Both the position numbers and the translations under genes were made by a program. A stretch of 63,618 nucleotides of DNA, the filler included, from Asterionella formosa (taxonomy: Eukaryota), in NCBI GenBank assembly GCA_002256025.1. It is 17 parts of 17 records of this genome, joined end to end, with 100 filler letters (N's around TTAATTAATTAA, not from the genome) between each part and the next. Parts side by side here need not be neighbours in the genome. Positions count along the whole stretch, not along the records: positions 45,020 to 48,662 come from NKIB01014003.1; positions 48,763 to 52,403 come from NKIB01014004.1; positions 52,504 to 56,143 come from NKIB01014005.1; positions 56,244 to 59,881 come from NKIB01014006.1; 13 more parts are not named here. One strand, written 5' to 3'. Positions within the stretch are counted from its first letter, which is position 1. The number at the start of each line of letters is the position of its first letter. Shown here piece after piece: positions 45,574 through 57,300 of this stretch. Below the pieces are notes generated by a model. The model worked only from the letters and a program-made list of their open reading frames with translations, made no database searches and was not told the DNA's origin.

Positions 45574-48246
45574 CTAAATATACGATGACCACCATTTCCC
45601 ACGTTGGGTCATTATGCTAAGTGCTTCATTACCATTTTCTTGAACACCAGCATTGTATGAGTGCTTTCGCATAGCAGATTCGATGTCGGCTTTTCCACCA
45701 GCATTGGAAATCCTCAACTGATTGCGGTCATTATTATTTGCCAAGTTACAAAGTGCTCGACAACCATGCTTTTGCACATTGGCATTGTCTAAATGACACC
45801 TCATCGCAGACAGAATCATAATTATACCTCCTGCTTCAGCAATCGTCCCCTTGTTTCTGTCATTATTCTCAGCCAATCTCAAAAGTGCTCCACAACCATA
45901 CTCTTGCACATTAGCATTAAATGTGCAATTCCTCATTGCCGACAGAATCGTAGTTATACCTCCTGCTTCAGCAATCGTCATCTTGTTATTGTCATTATTC
46001 AAAGCCAAGTTCATAAGTGCTCCTAAACCATATTCTTGTACCTTAGCAGTTGATAAATGAGTCGCCATTGCAGACAGAATCGTAGTTATACCTCCTGCTT
46101 CAGAAATCGACACCTTGTTATTGTCATTATTATTAACCAAGTCCATAAGTGCTCCACAACAATACTCTTGCACATTAGCATTGTATAAATGAAACTTCAT
46201 TGCAGACAGAATCGTAGTTATACCTCCTGCTTCAGCAATCGTCATCTTGTTATTGTCATTATTCAAAGCCAAGTTCATAAGTACTGCACAACCATAGTGT
46301 TGCACATCCGCTATCAAGGAATGAGCCTTCATTGCAGACAGAATAATAATGATACCTCCTACTTCAGCAATCTTCACCTTGATATTGTCATTATTCAAAG
46401 CCAAGTTCATAAGTGCTCCACAACCACACTCTTGCACATTAGCATTGTCTAAATATTCATCCATCGCAGACAGAATCGTAATTATACCTCCTGCTTCAGC
46501 AATCGTCACCTTGTTTCTGTCATTATTCTCAGTCAATCTCAAAAGTGCTCCACAACCATACTCTTGCACATTAGCATTATATGAATGAATCTTCATTGCC
46601 GACAGAATCGTAGTTATACCTCCTGCTTCAGCAATTGTCACCTTGTGGTTGTCATTATTTGCAGCCAAGTTGAAAAGTGTTGCACAACCATTTTGTTGTA
46701 CATTAGCATTGGAGTAATGAGTCTTCATTGCAGACAGAATCGCAGACAGAATCGACGTGATAAGTCGTTCTCCTACAATAATCTTACCCATGTAGTCGTC
46801 ATTATAAGCCAAGTTCCCAATTATTCCACAACCATATTGTTGCACAATAGCATTGTCTAAATGAAACTTCATCGCAGACAGAATCGTAGTGATACCTCCT
46901 GCTTCAGCAATTGTCACCCTGTTATTGTAATTCATAGCCAACTTCCAAAGTGTTCTACAGTTATATTCTTGCTCATCCGCATTGGATTCATAAGTCTTCA
47001 TCCCAGACAGAATCGAAGTGATATCTTCTGCGACAAAACCAATCATGTTTTTCAAGTCGACAGAGATAAATGTGACTTGCTTTTCATAATTTGCCAAATC
47101 ACAAAGCACATGCTTTTTGAGCGCAAAACGCCAAGTTCTGGATTTCAGTACCTCCTTGTCAAACTCTTCCAAGCAATGGCGCATCATACCTTTTCTTTCC
47201 AGATCTAAAACAAATTCTTTGAAATCCTTCAGCTTGTTCAGGTCGAACCCAGACTTCTTGTATTCCTTCAGACCCTCAGCAGGTGATGATTTATTCACTT
47301 CATCAAGAAAATTCTTGACATTGAGCACAACATCACCTGGAAGCGTGGGAATAGGATACCCAAATGCTTTTGCCAATCCCCCAGCCACGATCCATAGCAT
47401 AGTTTCTTTCACTCCAACAGCAAACAACTGGGCCCCTATCTCTGCAAACTGTTCGATTTGCATCCGATATTTTGCCGTTTCTATTTTGTACGAGACAACT
47501 GGCTGGAGCGTCAATCCACACAACACCTGAAGATATACCACTTCAGTCTTACCACTGGAAAGTCGCCTGCCTTTTCTGAGAGCAATGCCTGTCTCCTTGT
47601 TCTTCAAAGAGTCAGGATAGTCGCGGAAACATTCAAATAACTTCAGAGCTCGATCAATAATTTCTACCAATTCCTTCACTCCATCGCTAGCTCGTTTTCT
47701 CAATGATTGCTCGAGCATCAATGTGCTCTTGAATGTTTTAAACTCATCAGCAGTGAGAAGGTTAAACATGTATGGGAATTCCACCTCGTCAAGTTGGTCC
47801 ATCAAATCAGGGATTTGGCCGTTGCTCAACTGTATGTATTTTAGCGTCACAGACTGGGCATGCAGAAAAGCATCGGCAAGAACCTTGGTTTCAACCATGA
47901 CATCCTTGGTTTCATCAGGGAATTGGGGCACGACATCCTTGATTTCATCCACCACGGATTCATTGTCATCAAATTGACTAATAATATCCTTCCAACCATG
48001 ATAGGTAGCTTGTACGCCATACTCATTCGTAATTGAAGCATCATGGGTAGGGGCGTATGAAACTGCAGACAATGACATGTTTGAATAGTTCTCGTTGATT
48101 GCTTTGGCTGTTTGTGATCGCAAGTGTGATAAAACTGTAACGCCGTCTTCTTTGTGGGCGTGTTTGTAATTCTTGAGTCTCCACGTTGTAGAAGCATCAT
48201 GGGTAGGGGCGTATGAAACTGCAGACAATGGCTTTGACAATGGCAT
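45574..48246 (-). CDS. Chimeric protein: family N-terminal peptide + helical/COR-like domain + about 11 C-terminal ARM repeats (890 aa from first ATG; alternative ATG 48078 gives 834 aa)
   Basis: Uninterrupted ORF (the track start at 48372 is TTG). About 11 44-aa repeats of the same family as gene 313, including the homologous C-cap NAGG..IESAMRKHSYNAGVQENGNEAL. Confidence 0.85.
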   Translation of the reverse strand: MPLSKPLSAVSYAPTHDASTTWRLKNYKHAHKEDGVTVLSHLRSQTAKAINENYSNMSLSAVSYAPTHDASITNEYGVQATYHGWKDIISQFDDNESVVDEIKDVVPQFPDETKDVMVETKVLADAFLHAQSVTLKYIQLSNGQIPDLMDQLDEVEFPYMFNLLTADEFKTFKSTLMLEQSLRKRASDGVKELVEIIDRALKLFECFRDYPDSLKNKETGIALRKGRRLSSGKTEVVYLQVLCGLTLQPVVSYKIETAKYRMQIEQFAEIGAQLFAVGVKETMLWIVAGGLAKAFGYPIPTLPGDVVLNVKNFLDEVNKSSPAEGLKEYKKSGFDLNKLKDFKEFVLDLERKGMMRHCLEEFDKEVLKSRTWRFALKKHVLCDLANYEKQVTFISVDLKNMIGFVAEDITSILSGMKTYESNADEQEYNCRTLWKLAMNYNNRVTIAEAGGITTILSAMKFHLDNAIVQQYGCGIIGNLAYNDDYMGKIIVGERLITSILSAILSAMKTHYSNANVQQNGCATLFNLAANNDNHKVTIAEAGGITTILSAMKIHSYNANVQEYGCGALLRLTENNDRNKVTIAEAGGIITILSAMDEYLDNANVQECGCGALMNLALNNDNIKVKIAEVGGIIIILSAMKAHSLIADVQHYGCAVLMNLALNNDNNKMTIAEAGGITTILSAMKFHLYNANVQEYCCGALMDLVNNNDNNKVSISEAGGITTILSAMATHLSTAKVQEYGLGALMNLALNNDNNKMTIAEAGGITTILSAMRNCTFNANVQEYGCGALLRLAENNDRNKGTIAEAGGIIMILSAMRCHLDNANVQKHGCRALCNLANNNDRNQLRISNAGGKADIESAMRKHSYNAGVQENGNEALSIMTQRGKWWSSYI

Positions 48247-48485
48247 GTTTGAATAGTTCTCGTTGATTGCTTTGGCTGTTTGTGATCGCACGTGTGATGA
48301 AACTGTAGCGCCATTCTCTTTGTGGGCGTGTTTGTAGTTCTTGAGACTCCACCATCTGTCGTTGACATGCAAGCTACAAATTCATTCAGTCATCAAAAAC
48401 ATGCCGGAATAGTTTTGTTTGTGATCGCACGTATGATGAAACTGTAGCGCGGTTTTCTTTGTGAGCGTGTTCGTCATTCTTGAGA
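48010..48485 (-). repeat. 168-bp tandem duplication (plus partial third copy) of the 5'UTR/start cassette
   Basis: LKNYKHAHKE..SQTAKAINENYSNM..SAVSYAPTHDAS occurs twice. Third partial copy at 48415-48485. Confidence 0.85.
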
Positions 48486-48567
48486 AGGGTTAGATTTAGG
48501 TTTACAGGTACGCAACAGGTATTCGGGAACCAGGTACCAGGTACTTTACTGGCACCAGGTACCAGGT

Positions 48568-48645
48568 ACAGAACACCATATGTTCAGGACTGTTGCTACT
48601 GCAGTGGGACAGTAAATCATCATAGTTTTAGGATCGTATGATCGA
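48568..48645. repeat. Dispersed short repeat, also present twice (reverse orientation) at about 57645-57715 and 57757-57810
   Basis: gatcctgaaactatgatgatttactgtccc.ctg.agtagcaacagt is shared by all three. Confidence 0.8.
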
Positions 48646-51252
48646 AAAACTAAAAACAAATANNNNNNNNNNNNNNNNNNNNNNNNNNNNNNNNNNNNNN
48701 NNNNNNTTAATTAATTAANNNNNNNNNNNNNNNNNNNNNNNNNNNNNNNNNNNNNNNNNNNNAAAATGGAAAAAACAGGGCAAGAGTCTTCATCAATCAA
48801 ATTCTTGGTTTGATTGGGTTGAAGTGAATTGGGAAAGTCGAAATGGGAAAAATTACAGTGTACCAGCAAAATTACTTTTACGGGGTAACGTGGTTGTCGT
48901 TTATTCAGATGGAACTGACTCCTTGCATCTATACGTTCTTTGAGGAGTACCACTGTCATGCCAGCCCATCATCGCATCTTTTTTGCTACAGGTGATTACA
49001 TTTGTGATGAGAAGACTGGATTAAGCGTTGTTGAGCATAACAACATTCTTTCCACAGCATTTGTTGTCCCAGCTTTAGCACCAGCTACAATCGCTCAGTG
49101 AATGTAAGAGTACATGAGAAACCGTTGAAGCCATGGAAAATATAGATTATTATCTTGCATTTCCACCTCGAAATCAATGGAAATTGATTGGTTGGGATAT
49201 TCCTTTAAGTACAGAGAAGTAGCGCTAATCGTCACAATACAAATTATTACGAATATACTTCAACATTTAATAACTGCCTCCGAATTCATAGTTTACTTAT
49301 CTTTATGATTTTTTTGAGAACCTGACGATGAAAATAAACTGTCATCATCCACTGATTCTTCCGAAGATTTCAAGAAACTCTTGAAGAATTGTATAGTATA
49401 TCATGCTGGCTGTCATTCAGGAGAACAGCATACCTGCTCACTTTCTGCATGCCCTCAGCAACAACGAAAGCACGTTCGTATTCTTTTTCAAATTTCAAGG
49501 TTTCTTTATTACCGTGCCAATGGTAAGATTCTACGGGATGATGAACCATTTTACTAAGATAGCTACGTCAGTTCAGTTGTAGTTAACATCGGAGAGAAAT
49601 CGAATTCAGGAATGAACTCCATTGCTGCAACTTTGTCACAACATGAACCCACAATGGTGTTGAGAACATATACCATAACTGCATCTTCAAAGTCATTTTC
49701 TGGATTACCAGGAAATGACCATCAATTTTGATTTTCACCCTTAAATTTCATTTTCATAAATGTTTCCCAACCATCCTTTGTTAAACGTGACTCACTTTGT
49801 TTCTCCATAAAATTAGTTTCTCCACTGTATCGTAGTTGTAGTAGTAATTCCATAAACTTCACAATTGTAAAGGGAACACAAGACCATCCACCATCCTTGG
49901 TTGGTTGGAAATCTTTGAATCTGAATGTTTTGCTATAAAACTTTTCAGAGGGCCTTTCCCCACCGCCCACCTTAAATTGAGGTTCCCCATTCCAATTTGT
50001 CGCCATATCCCGAAACAGCAGCTGCAAACTTTCCCTTTATCGATTCTTTCGATACAAGTAATTGATGTGTTTCTTCACTTCTCCTCGCTCTTTCGCATAA
50101 ATATTTATGAATTCCTTCATCAAATAATTTCAATAATGATTTATCATTACAGGATAAATCACTTATCTCCTTGAAGCTGCTCAATTACTGTCCCAGTGAC
50201 TGAAACAGTTTCGGAAATCTTTGGTAAGTAGTCATGAATTACATCCAGACTGGCGACCATGTCCTGCTTGAATATTTCCAATTCCTTACTGGATAAATGG
50301 GACAAATCACTTTCCTCGTCGACCTGTTCTTTATTTACTTTCCCAATCACTCCTACAATTTCGGAACTCTTTGGTGACAAGTCATGAACTACCTCTTCCA
50401 GATTGGCAACCATGTCTGGAGTTGCCTTTGATTTACATTTTGCTTTTTCTTTATCAAGTCTATCATGTTCGACAGACTCCATTAGACGCTCTGAGGAAGT
50501 AGAAACAAGATCTACCACGGGCATACAAGCAACACGATCTTTACTTTTTGGAATGGTATTGGGAGAAGATGAACTGGCATCAACTATTTCGTTTTCACTT
50601 GCCTCTGTCAATGCAAAAACGGAGAATGCATGATGTCGGTGATCTTTATTTGGAATAACAGGTATGACTAATTCCATCGGCTTGTCAGGGAAAAAAGTTT
50701 CCCAATTTTCCTCTTTTCTTCTGTATCAATACAAGCACCAACAATATTAATAAAAATACAGGGAACATTTGAAACGCCCCCAAAACGGAGAAGTTTATCA
50801 GTATCATTGGACTCATTTCGACAACCATTGTTGCTCTACGACATTGGAATCAGCAATTGATTGAATAATGGTTCTGGTACTACCCTCATCAATATTTTAC
50901 ACTTCTTCGGAGTGGCGAGAACATATGTGTGGGACAAGCTACACTACGTAAATATAAGCTATATAAATATAGTTATCACTTTGTGGAAACTATGTTTGTG
51001 GCAATGGGGTTAGGCTGTTCTATATAGTGCCTCTGATGTTGCCGATAAAGAGATTTCTTTAAACAATGGGATAGTACAATGTTATTAAGCCAATTTACGA
51101 TTGTTATTTCGAACCCCCTGCTATTCAAGGTTCATGTGATGCTACTATTTCCTGAATGAAATGAAGCTACTTCCTGATCAGTGATGTTGTGGCTCTAACC
51201 CTTGGTAACTAATATATACAAGTTCTCATATACGCATAACTTAACATGTGTA

Positions 51253-51908
51253 CCGTATACTTCATGGTCCTGGACCCCCCCAATGTACACTGCCATGACT
51301 GAATTTGACTGATTTTACTGTAAGGGGGGCCCAGGACAATGAAGAGATTTCCCTTATAATGGACATAAGTTAATTTCTTTAGTTCTACAGGATAGCGCAC
51401 ATTTTTCTAAGATGTATTTATATGAACATTATTTCCGTCTTGTGAAAAATGCGAGAGTTCTTCACTTCGCAAGAAAAACTCGACTTCATGTTGTTATCGG
51501 CGATCTCAATTTTCGTTGTCATTATTAGTGTTATTACTTTACTTCTTTTACGATTGTATTTTCCATGTCGTTCTTAATACAGGTAGCAAGTAGCAAAGCG
51601 TCGTTCTCTATTTTCGTGGAGATAATTCAGATAATTCGTATTTTCGTCATGGTCAAGGTTGCGACAACATCATGAAGGATTCCACCTGCTTGCATCCACT
51701 ACCTGTCGTCTCTTGTGTTTTGTATGTACAAAAGAATCGCAAAATGGGAGCTAAATAATTATATACTAGTGCCTAGGAGGACAAAAAGAATTATAGCACG
51801 TTACTTTGTCTATGACAAGAAAATTATTGGGTGTTTGCTTCCACCTCGAGAAAAATGTACAGGGGGGTCCAGCAACCATAGGGCGGTCCAGGACAATGAA
51901 GTATACGG
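51253..51908. mobile_element. Complete Tc1/mariner(pogo)-type MITE, 656 bp
   Basis: TA TSD on both sides. 24-bp TIR CCGTATACTTCATGGTCCTGGACC / GGTCCAGGACAATGAAGTATACGG with 1 mismatch. An internal copy of the TIR motif lies at about 51324-51344. Second family member at 9915-10969. Confidence 0.88.
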
Positions 51909-52503
51909 TATGCTAGTAACCTAACATACAAATTTGATTGATCATACAGACACAGCCGTTAATATATCAAAATTATCATCAAGATGTCAAAATATTTGAA
52001 TAATCAATCAGTTTTTTAACTTATGCTGAGTAAAACGTTAGATCTAACGGAAAATCTATTCACAGACGAATGTCACAATGCATACATCTCCATTGAAATT
52101 TACTTCATTTCTAACTCAAAACAATTTTTTCCATTTCTCATTTGACATACTTCGGTTGCTCCAAACATTATGTTCAATTTTCATTGATGTTGCACGTTAC
52201 AATCATTCTCATGTGTTTTATGCTTGTTGTATGATCTCTATGCATATTACCGTAATTCTGGTTGAAAAATTCGATATGCCCCATATTGCCCTTAAATAAA
52301 AATAACTTAAGAAATTACTTAGAGCCTAAAAGTTACTTAGAAGTACCCGAATGGCAAGACGAAAGCTGGAGCAGGAATCGCTGTCACTCTGTCTACTGCC
52401 CTTNNNNNNNNNNNNNNNNNNNNNNNNNNNNNNNNNNNNNNNNNNNNTTAATTAATTAANNNNNNNNNNNNNNNNNNNNNNNNNNNNNNNNNNNNNNNNN
52501 NNN

Positions 52504-52850
52504 AGAAGCTTGAATGTGAAAAAGCAAAAATATTTCATACTTTTGTTATGAAAGGAATGTTCCTATGTAAGCGAGGAAGACAGGACATTCAACCAGGAAT
52601 TGCATTTCTGGCAACCCGAACTATCGAACCAAATGAAGGTGATTGGGTAAAATTAGTCAAGATCATGAATTTCTTGAAAGCAACTCAGAACGAGGTTGCA
52701 ACTATGAGTGCTGATGACACTCAGAGCATTAAATGGTACGTTGATGCAGCGTTTGCAGTGCACAAAGATTTTAAAAGTCACACAGGAGCTACAATGTCAC
52801 TTGGAAACGGAATTATTTGTTCTATGTCCACGAAACAGAAAGCATCCAAG
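52504..52850 (+). mobile_element. Ty1/copia RT-RNase H fragment
   Basis: FHTFVMKGMFLCKRGRQDIQPGIAFLATR and WYVDAAFAVHKDFKSHTG...STKQK. Confidence 0.85.
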
Positions 52851-55800
52851 GAGCCAGGCTCTTCCCAGAACCACTCATAATAAATTTGATCATCAATTTC
52901 CATTACAACTACAAGTCTGTGTGAGTTATCATAAATATGCCGCTATGCGAAACTATGGGTCTTGTTCAAACAAAAGAAATGATATTTTATTTTGAATCTA
53001 GGTTGCTGGATGCAGATTTTATATTTTTCTACGCTCAAAGGCATCTATATAACAGTTTATCAGTGCATATTTAGAATCGGGAGACTCTGCCAATCTAGTG
53101 GAGCAGGTGAGTAAATTCAATTCAACTTAATAAACATGTTAAGTGACGCGGGAACTTACCATGGAGTCTTTTTGGACAGAAAAATCTGCAGGCAACGCAG
53201 GACTGCTATGTCTACGACAACGTTTTGGCTCATATAAATTCCAATATTTTGGCGACTGTTGAAAAAGCCGATCGGGTCGATTTTTTGGAGCAGGATTGCT
53301 CTACACCTGTGGGGTGTCATGAAGATTAAAATATATAGCCGTGATCCCTATAACGTCAGGAGGTAACTTCTAGAGAGAAGTAGCAGGTATCCTTCGTTAA
53401 TTTTTTAAGAATGCTTCGTAGCCCCTTAGTTCGACTATTTTTGGGATAGTTACGATTCCTCTCCTGGAGTGATAACTGCCACTTCTCTCCAGAAATGAGG
53501 TCCTTACTATATCTGAAAATACCGTAAGTCAACCAATGACTTTATCTAAGCATATGCAAAGTGTTGGTGTTGGTGAAAGCTAATTTTACCTTCAACTATT
53601 TTATTTAGTTGTACGTAATGTGTGGATTGATGTACATCATAAAATTATTTTGGGAAAAAAGACCTCGCAATGTGTAACTGCGGTGCGGAAAGCTTAACCC
53701 TACCAAAATCACTAATGGCAGCTGTTCCACAAGAAGGTTTTGGTTTATCAATAAAAATGACCGGTTAAGAAATACATGGAACCTCGACTTGGACTACTCT
53801 GGATGGAGGAAGGACTGATCACCCATGTATGTAAAATTCCAAAAAAACAGATTTCGGCATGCAAAATATTTTGATAGAAGGGTTAGAGATACAAGTTGTA
53901 GTGGGTCCAAACGACCCTATCCGATGTCCTCAAAAAATAACCCTCAGCCATAGACACGGAGTACCGGGATTGATGTTCCGCGACACATTCTAATGCATGG
54001 TTAAAAGTCAACAAATACGTCAAATTGAAAGCGATATTTGCGCGCCTTTGCATGCTTCCAAGAACTGTGCTATTTACTCTCCTATCTCAGGGTATTCTGT
54101 AATTTCGACGAGAACTTTCTCAGGTTGAATCCATCGGAACCCCTAAGCAAAGGGGTGCAAATACAGTTTGAAATGGGAACCATGTTGCACTTAAAATGAA
54201 AAATATAGAATTTTTCAATTGTCTAAGGATGATTCACACGCTGAACCATGACAACAAACGTTCAGATGAACCAATTCCTTCCCGACAATCCTTTAACTCA
54301 CTGGTTTGATCCATTTTACAACTTACATGAATATAGCAAATCAATCTCTATCAATGTTAGAATCTTTTCCTAACTAAATTTCCAATGACTCTTTTTACTT
54401 ATTACATTAAAAATGGAAAAATAAAAATATATTTGTGTTACTGTACATTTTGTCAAGAAATCGGATGCATAATGTATCAGATGTACTTACATTTTCGACA
54501 TGGAACACATCATACATGCAACAAAAACCTTGTATATACACTGTACATTCCGTATATAGCGTAACAGATCACCGGTATATATGTTTGGCATACATACTAC
54601 TGGGTATGTAACTGGGTATGTACTACCTGTACTTGCATTTGTGTTTGTACGCTGCCTGTCTGTGGTATAGGGTCAATGAGACATCAACTCCATCTTGACC
54701 ATGATTACAAAATTATGGAGTTGAATATCTTCACGAATATTTACAATGAGCAATTCCTATTTCGCACGAGTATGTATACTAACATAGACGAGATTATCGT
54801 TTAATAATAAAATTTTTTGTACTAGTTGTATTGACAACAAAAAGTTGAAATCGGCGCTGGAAGTTGTTTTTGGTCGTCATTTGCTCAGTTTTAAAGATAT
54901 GACCAAAGTAGCGATAGTTTTGAGTCCGCGGTAATTAGCTTGATTCTTTTGACTACATAAGATATTCTATGTTTTGTAGAAATTGATGAGAGAAATTGAG
55001 CGACAGTATTCTTGGAGAGGGTACAACATTTTAAGATGCAAGAAAATCCTTTACGTTAATTTTGTAGTGAGTTTCATGTACACACTAATTGTCGTGGTTA
55101 ATAGTTCTATGGAATCTTGATAAGGTCATTTGACAGTTTACTTTAGACATCCTTTCAGCCATTCAACATTATACTGCTTGTTCTTTATGCAAATTAAAAG
55201 TTCGCATCGCGGAAATGATCAGAAACTCCCCTGACTGACGGTTCATGCATTTCCGACACTTTTATGCAAAAATTGTATTCTTTCAGGGGGTTTCCCCTCC
55301 ATCATCCAATGTGATTTTGACCAAAAATTCCTTGGTGGGCCCCACCAACAAACTCCTCCTGGCTGTCCAAGGGTATTCGCGTCAACTCAGCTCCTCCATA
55401 TCATCAATCCCAGAAAGGCCAGGTTGAATCTCATTTGCGAGTTGCGGTTTCCATGGCTCGTTCCTTCCTGGCTTAAGCCTGCGGGGGGGGGGGCGGCCCG
55501 GCCGCTGGGTGGGGGGGGNNNNNNNNNNCCCCCCCCCAAGCGCTTCTGGTTCTGGGCTATTCATGAAGCCACGCTACATATGAATACGGTTCCTTGCCTC
55601 CAGGGCACCACCAAAACATCCTTTTGAACTTTTTTATGGGGTGAAGCCTGACCGACCTCCGCATGCTCTTCCCCTTTGGTTCGCATGGCAGGCAGGAGTG
55701 TGAATGATGTATGTTCAAGAACTGAACATTGCAACAAAGAGTGGTTTGTTGTTGTTTGCTGCTTTTGTCACTCCAGAGTACTTGCATCCATGTATTCTTC

Positions 55801-56243
55801 AAACATTGCGCGTTGTTCTCCGTTGATCAGGATGTGCATGATGTTAGTTGCCTTCTTGTGGGCTGCAGCATGATGATAAAACAACATGAATTGTTATTTG
55901 CATTTGTCAAAAGAAGAAAGTGGATATTGAAACCCTAATAGAAAATGGCTACGAAATTGAATCTTCTGTTGTTGCTGCAAACAAATGTGAGTTATATGGT
56001 TGTTTCACTGCTTTAAATGTGCCTATTATCTAGGTCTGACTTGTCAGCACAATCAGTGTGTACTACAGATATATAGAATCATATTGATGTGCACAGTCCT
56101 TCTTCATGACTGTTAAAATCATTGAAACTTACTTGCCCATCATNNNNNNNNNNNNNNNNNNNNNNNNNNNNNNNNNNNNNNNNNNNNTTAATTAATTAAN
56201 NNNNNNNNNNNNNNNNNNNNNNNNNNNNNNNNNNNNNNNNNNN

Positions 56244-57300
56244 CAACAAAACGTGTTTGCAATTCACACTGTGCCCGAAGACTTAGTTGAAATTTGGACA
56301 CACCAGATTTGTCTCCTGTTAAAAATGGTTCTCCACGGCTTGTCCTGCCTATAAAATACACTGGAGCAAGGACATCACGCCAGACTTGCTTGGTATCCTT
56401 GGCTTCCCCTGTCAATGTGCTTTGACTGCGCAAAAATGAACGCCCACCCAATAAAGTCATCAATATCCATAGTCTGGAAGTTGGCCATAATCTGTTAGAC
56501 CAGCTGGTGTGTCATGAACTATGTTAGCATTTTTAAATTCAAACATATTTGATAAGAATATAATCACCAACTCAAAACATCATGCTTTCAGAGCATCTTC
56601 CGCCCTGCACCACTTCTTTGCCTAACTCCGGTTTCACTGTGTAAGCCGAGTTAGGCAACATTGGGCACACCAATCCTCTTTGTGATTGGAAATGCCTTTT
56701 ATACTACTTGGACCTGATAGGGTGGGATGTTTGATTCTCTTTTGGGACCAGAAAAAACACATTAGACTGATATTCTTTTTTACAGTACCTGCAATTCACG
56801 AACTATAACCTCAAACTTTCATGTTCACAGCAAAACTTCTTGGTCTTGAAAATAGAAGTCACAACCTTTGTGACAATTGATGGTTCAATTTTAGCTAAGC
56901 GGGAACGACGTTTTGATAAGGCTGCTGAAATTGAAGATTCTTGATAACCTTGTATGGTCGATTTTTGAACCGAATTACGACCTTTTTAGTGATTGAGTTC
57001 ATTGACCAATTGATAATATCCTTTGGCAAGTGGAAAATATTTTTCCCTCAGTTTTTCATGTACTTGTTGGTCCGTGCAATTAGAAAATTTATGATATGGT
57101 ACCATGTCGTCCATCTGCATCCGGGAGTTTTTAATGGTATCATCGACAGGAGCCATTTTTCTTGTATCAACAACTGAAAAAGTCATCATCGCTTTCAGTA
57201 TCAATTACGGGATCCTTTGTATTAGTAGCTGTTGGTGTCCCCATCAACGATGGGGTTATACCCCCACTAACTCCCTGTTGCCAATTGGGTTCCTTTGGAT
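56244..57300 (-). repeat. Diverged copy of the 37537-38770 region
   Basis: VVDTRKMAPVDD..NSRMQMDDMVPYHKFSN and KFQLSLRAQCELQ are shared; internal deletions are present. Confidence 0.9.

Noticed and set aside
48763..50677. Fragmented minus-strand ORFs (172, 70 and 101 aa)
   Set aside because: Probably a decayed gene, but no motif I can recognise; no call is supportable.
55480..55540. GC-rich G-run/C-run patch, possible G-quadruplex
   Set aside because: Flanks a 10-N gap; likely low-quality sequence.
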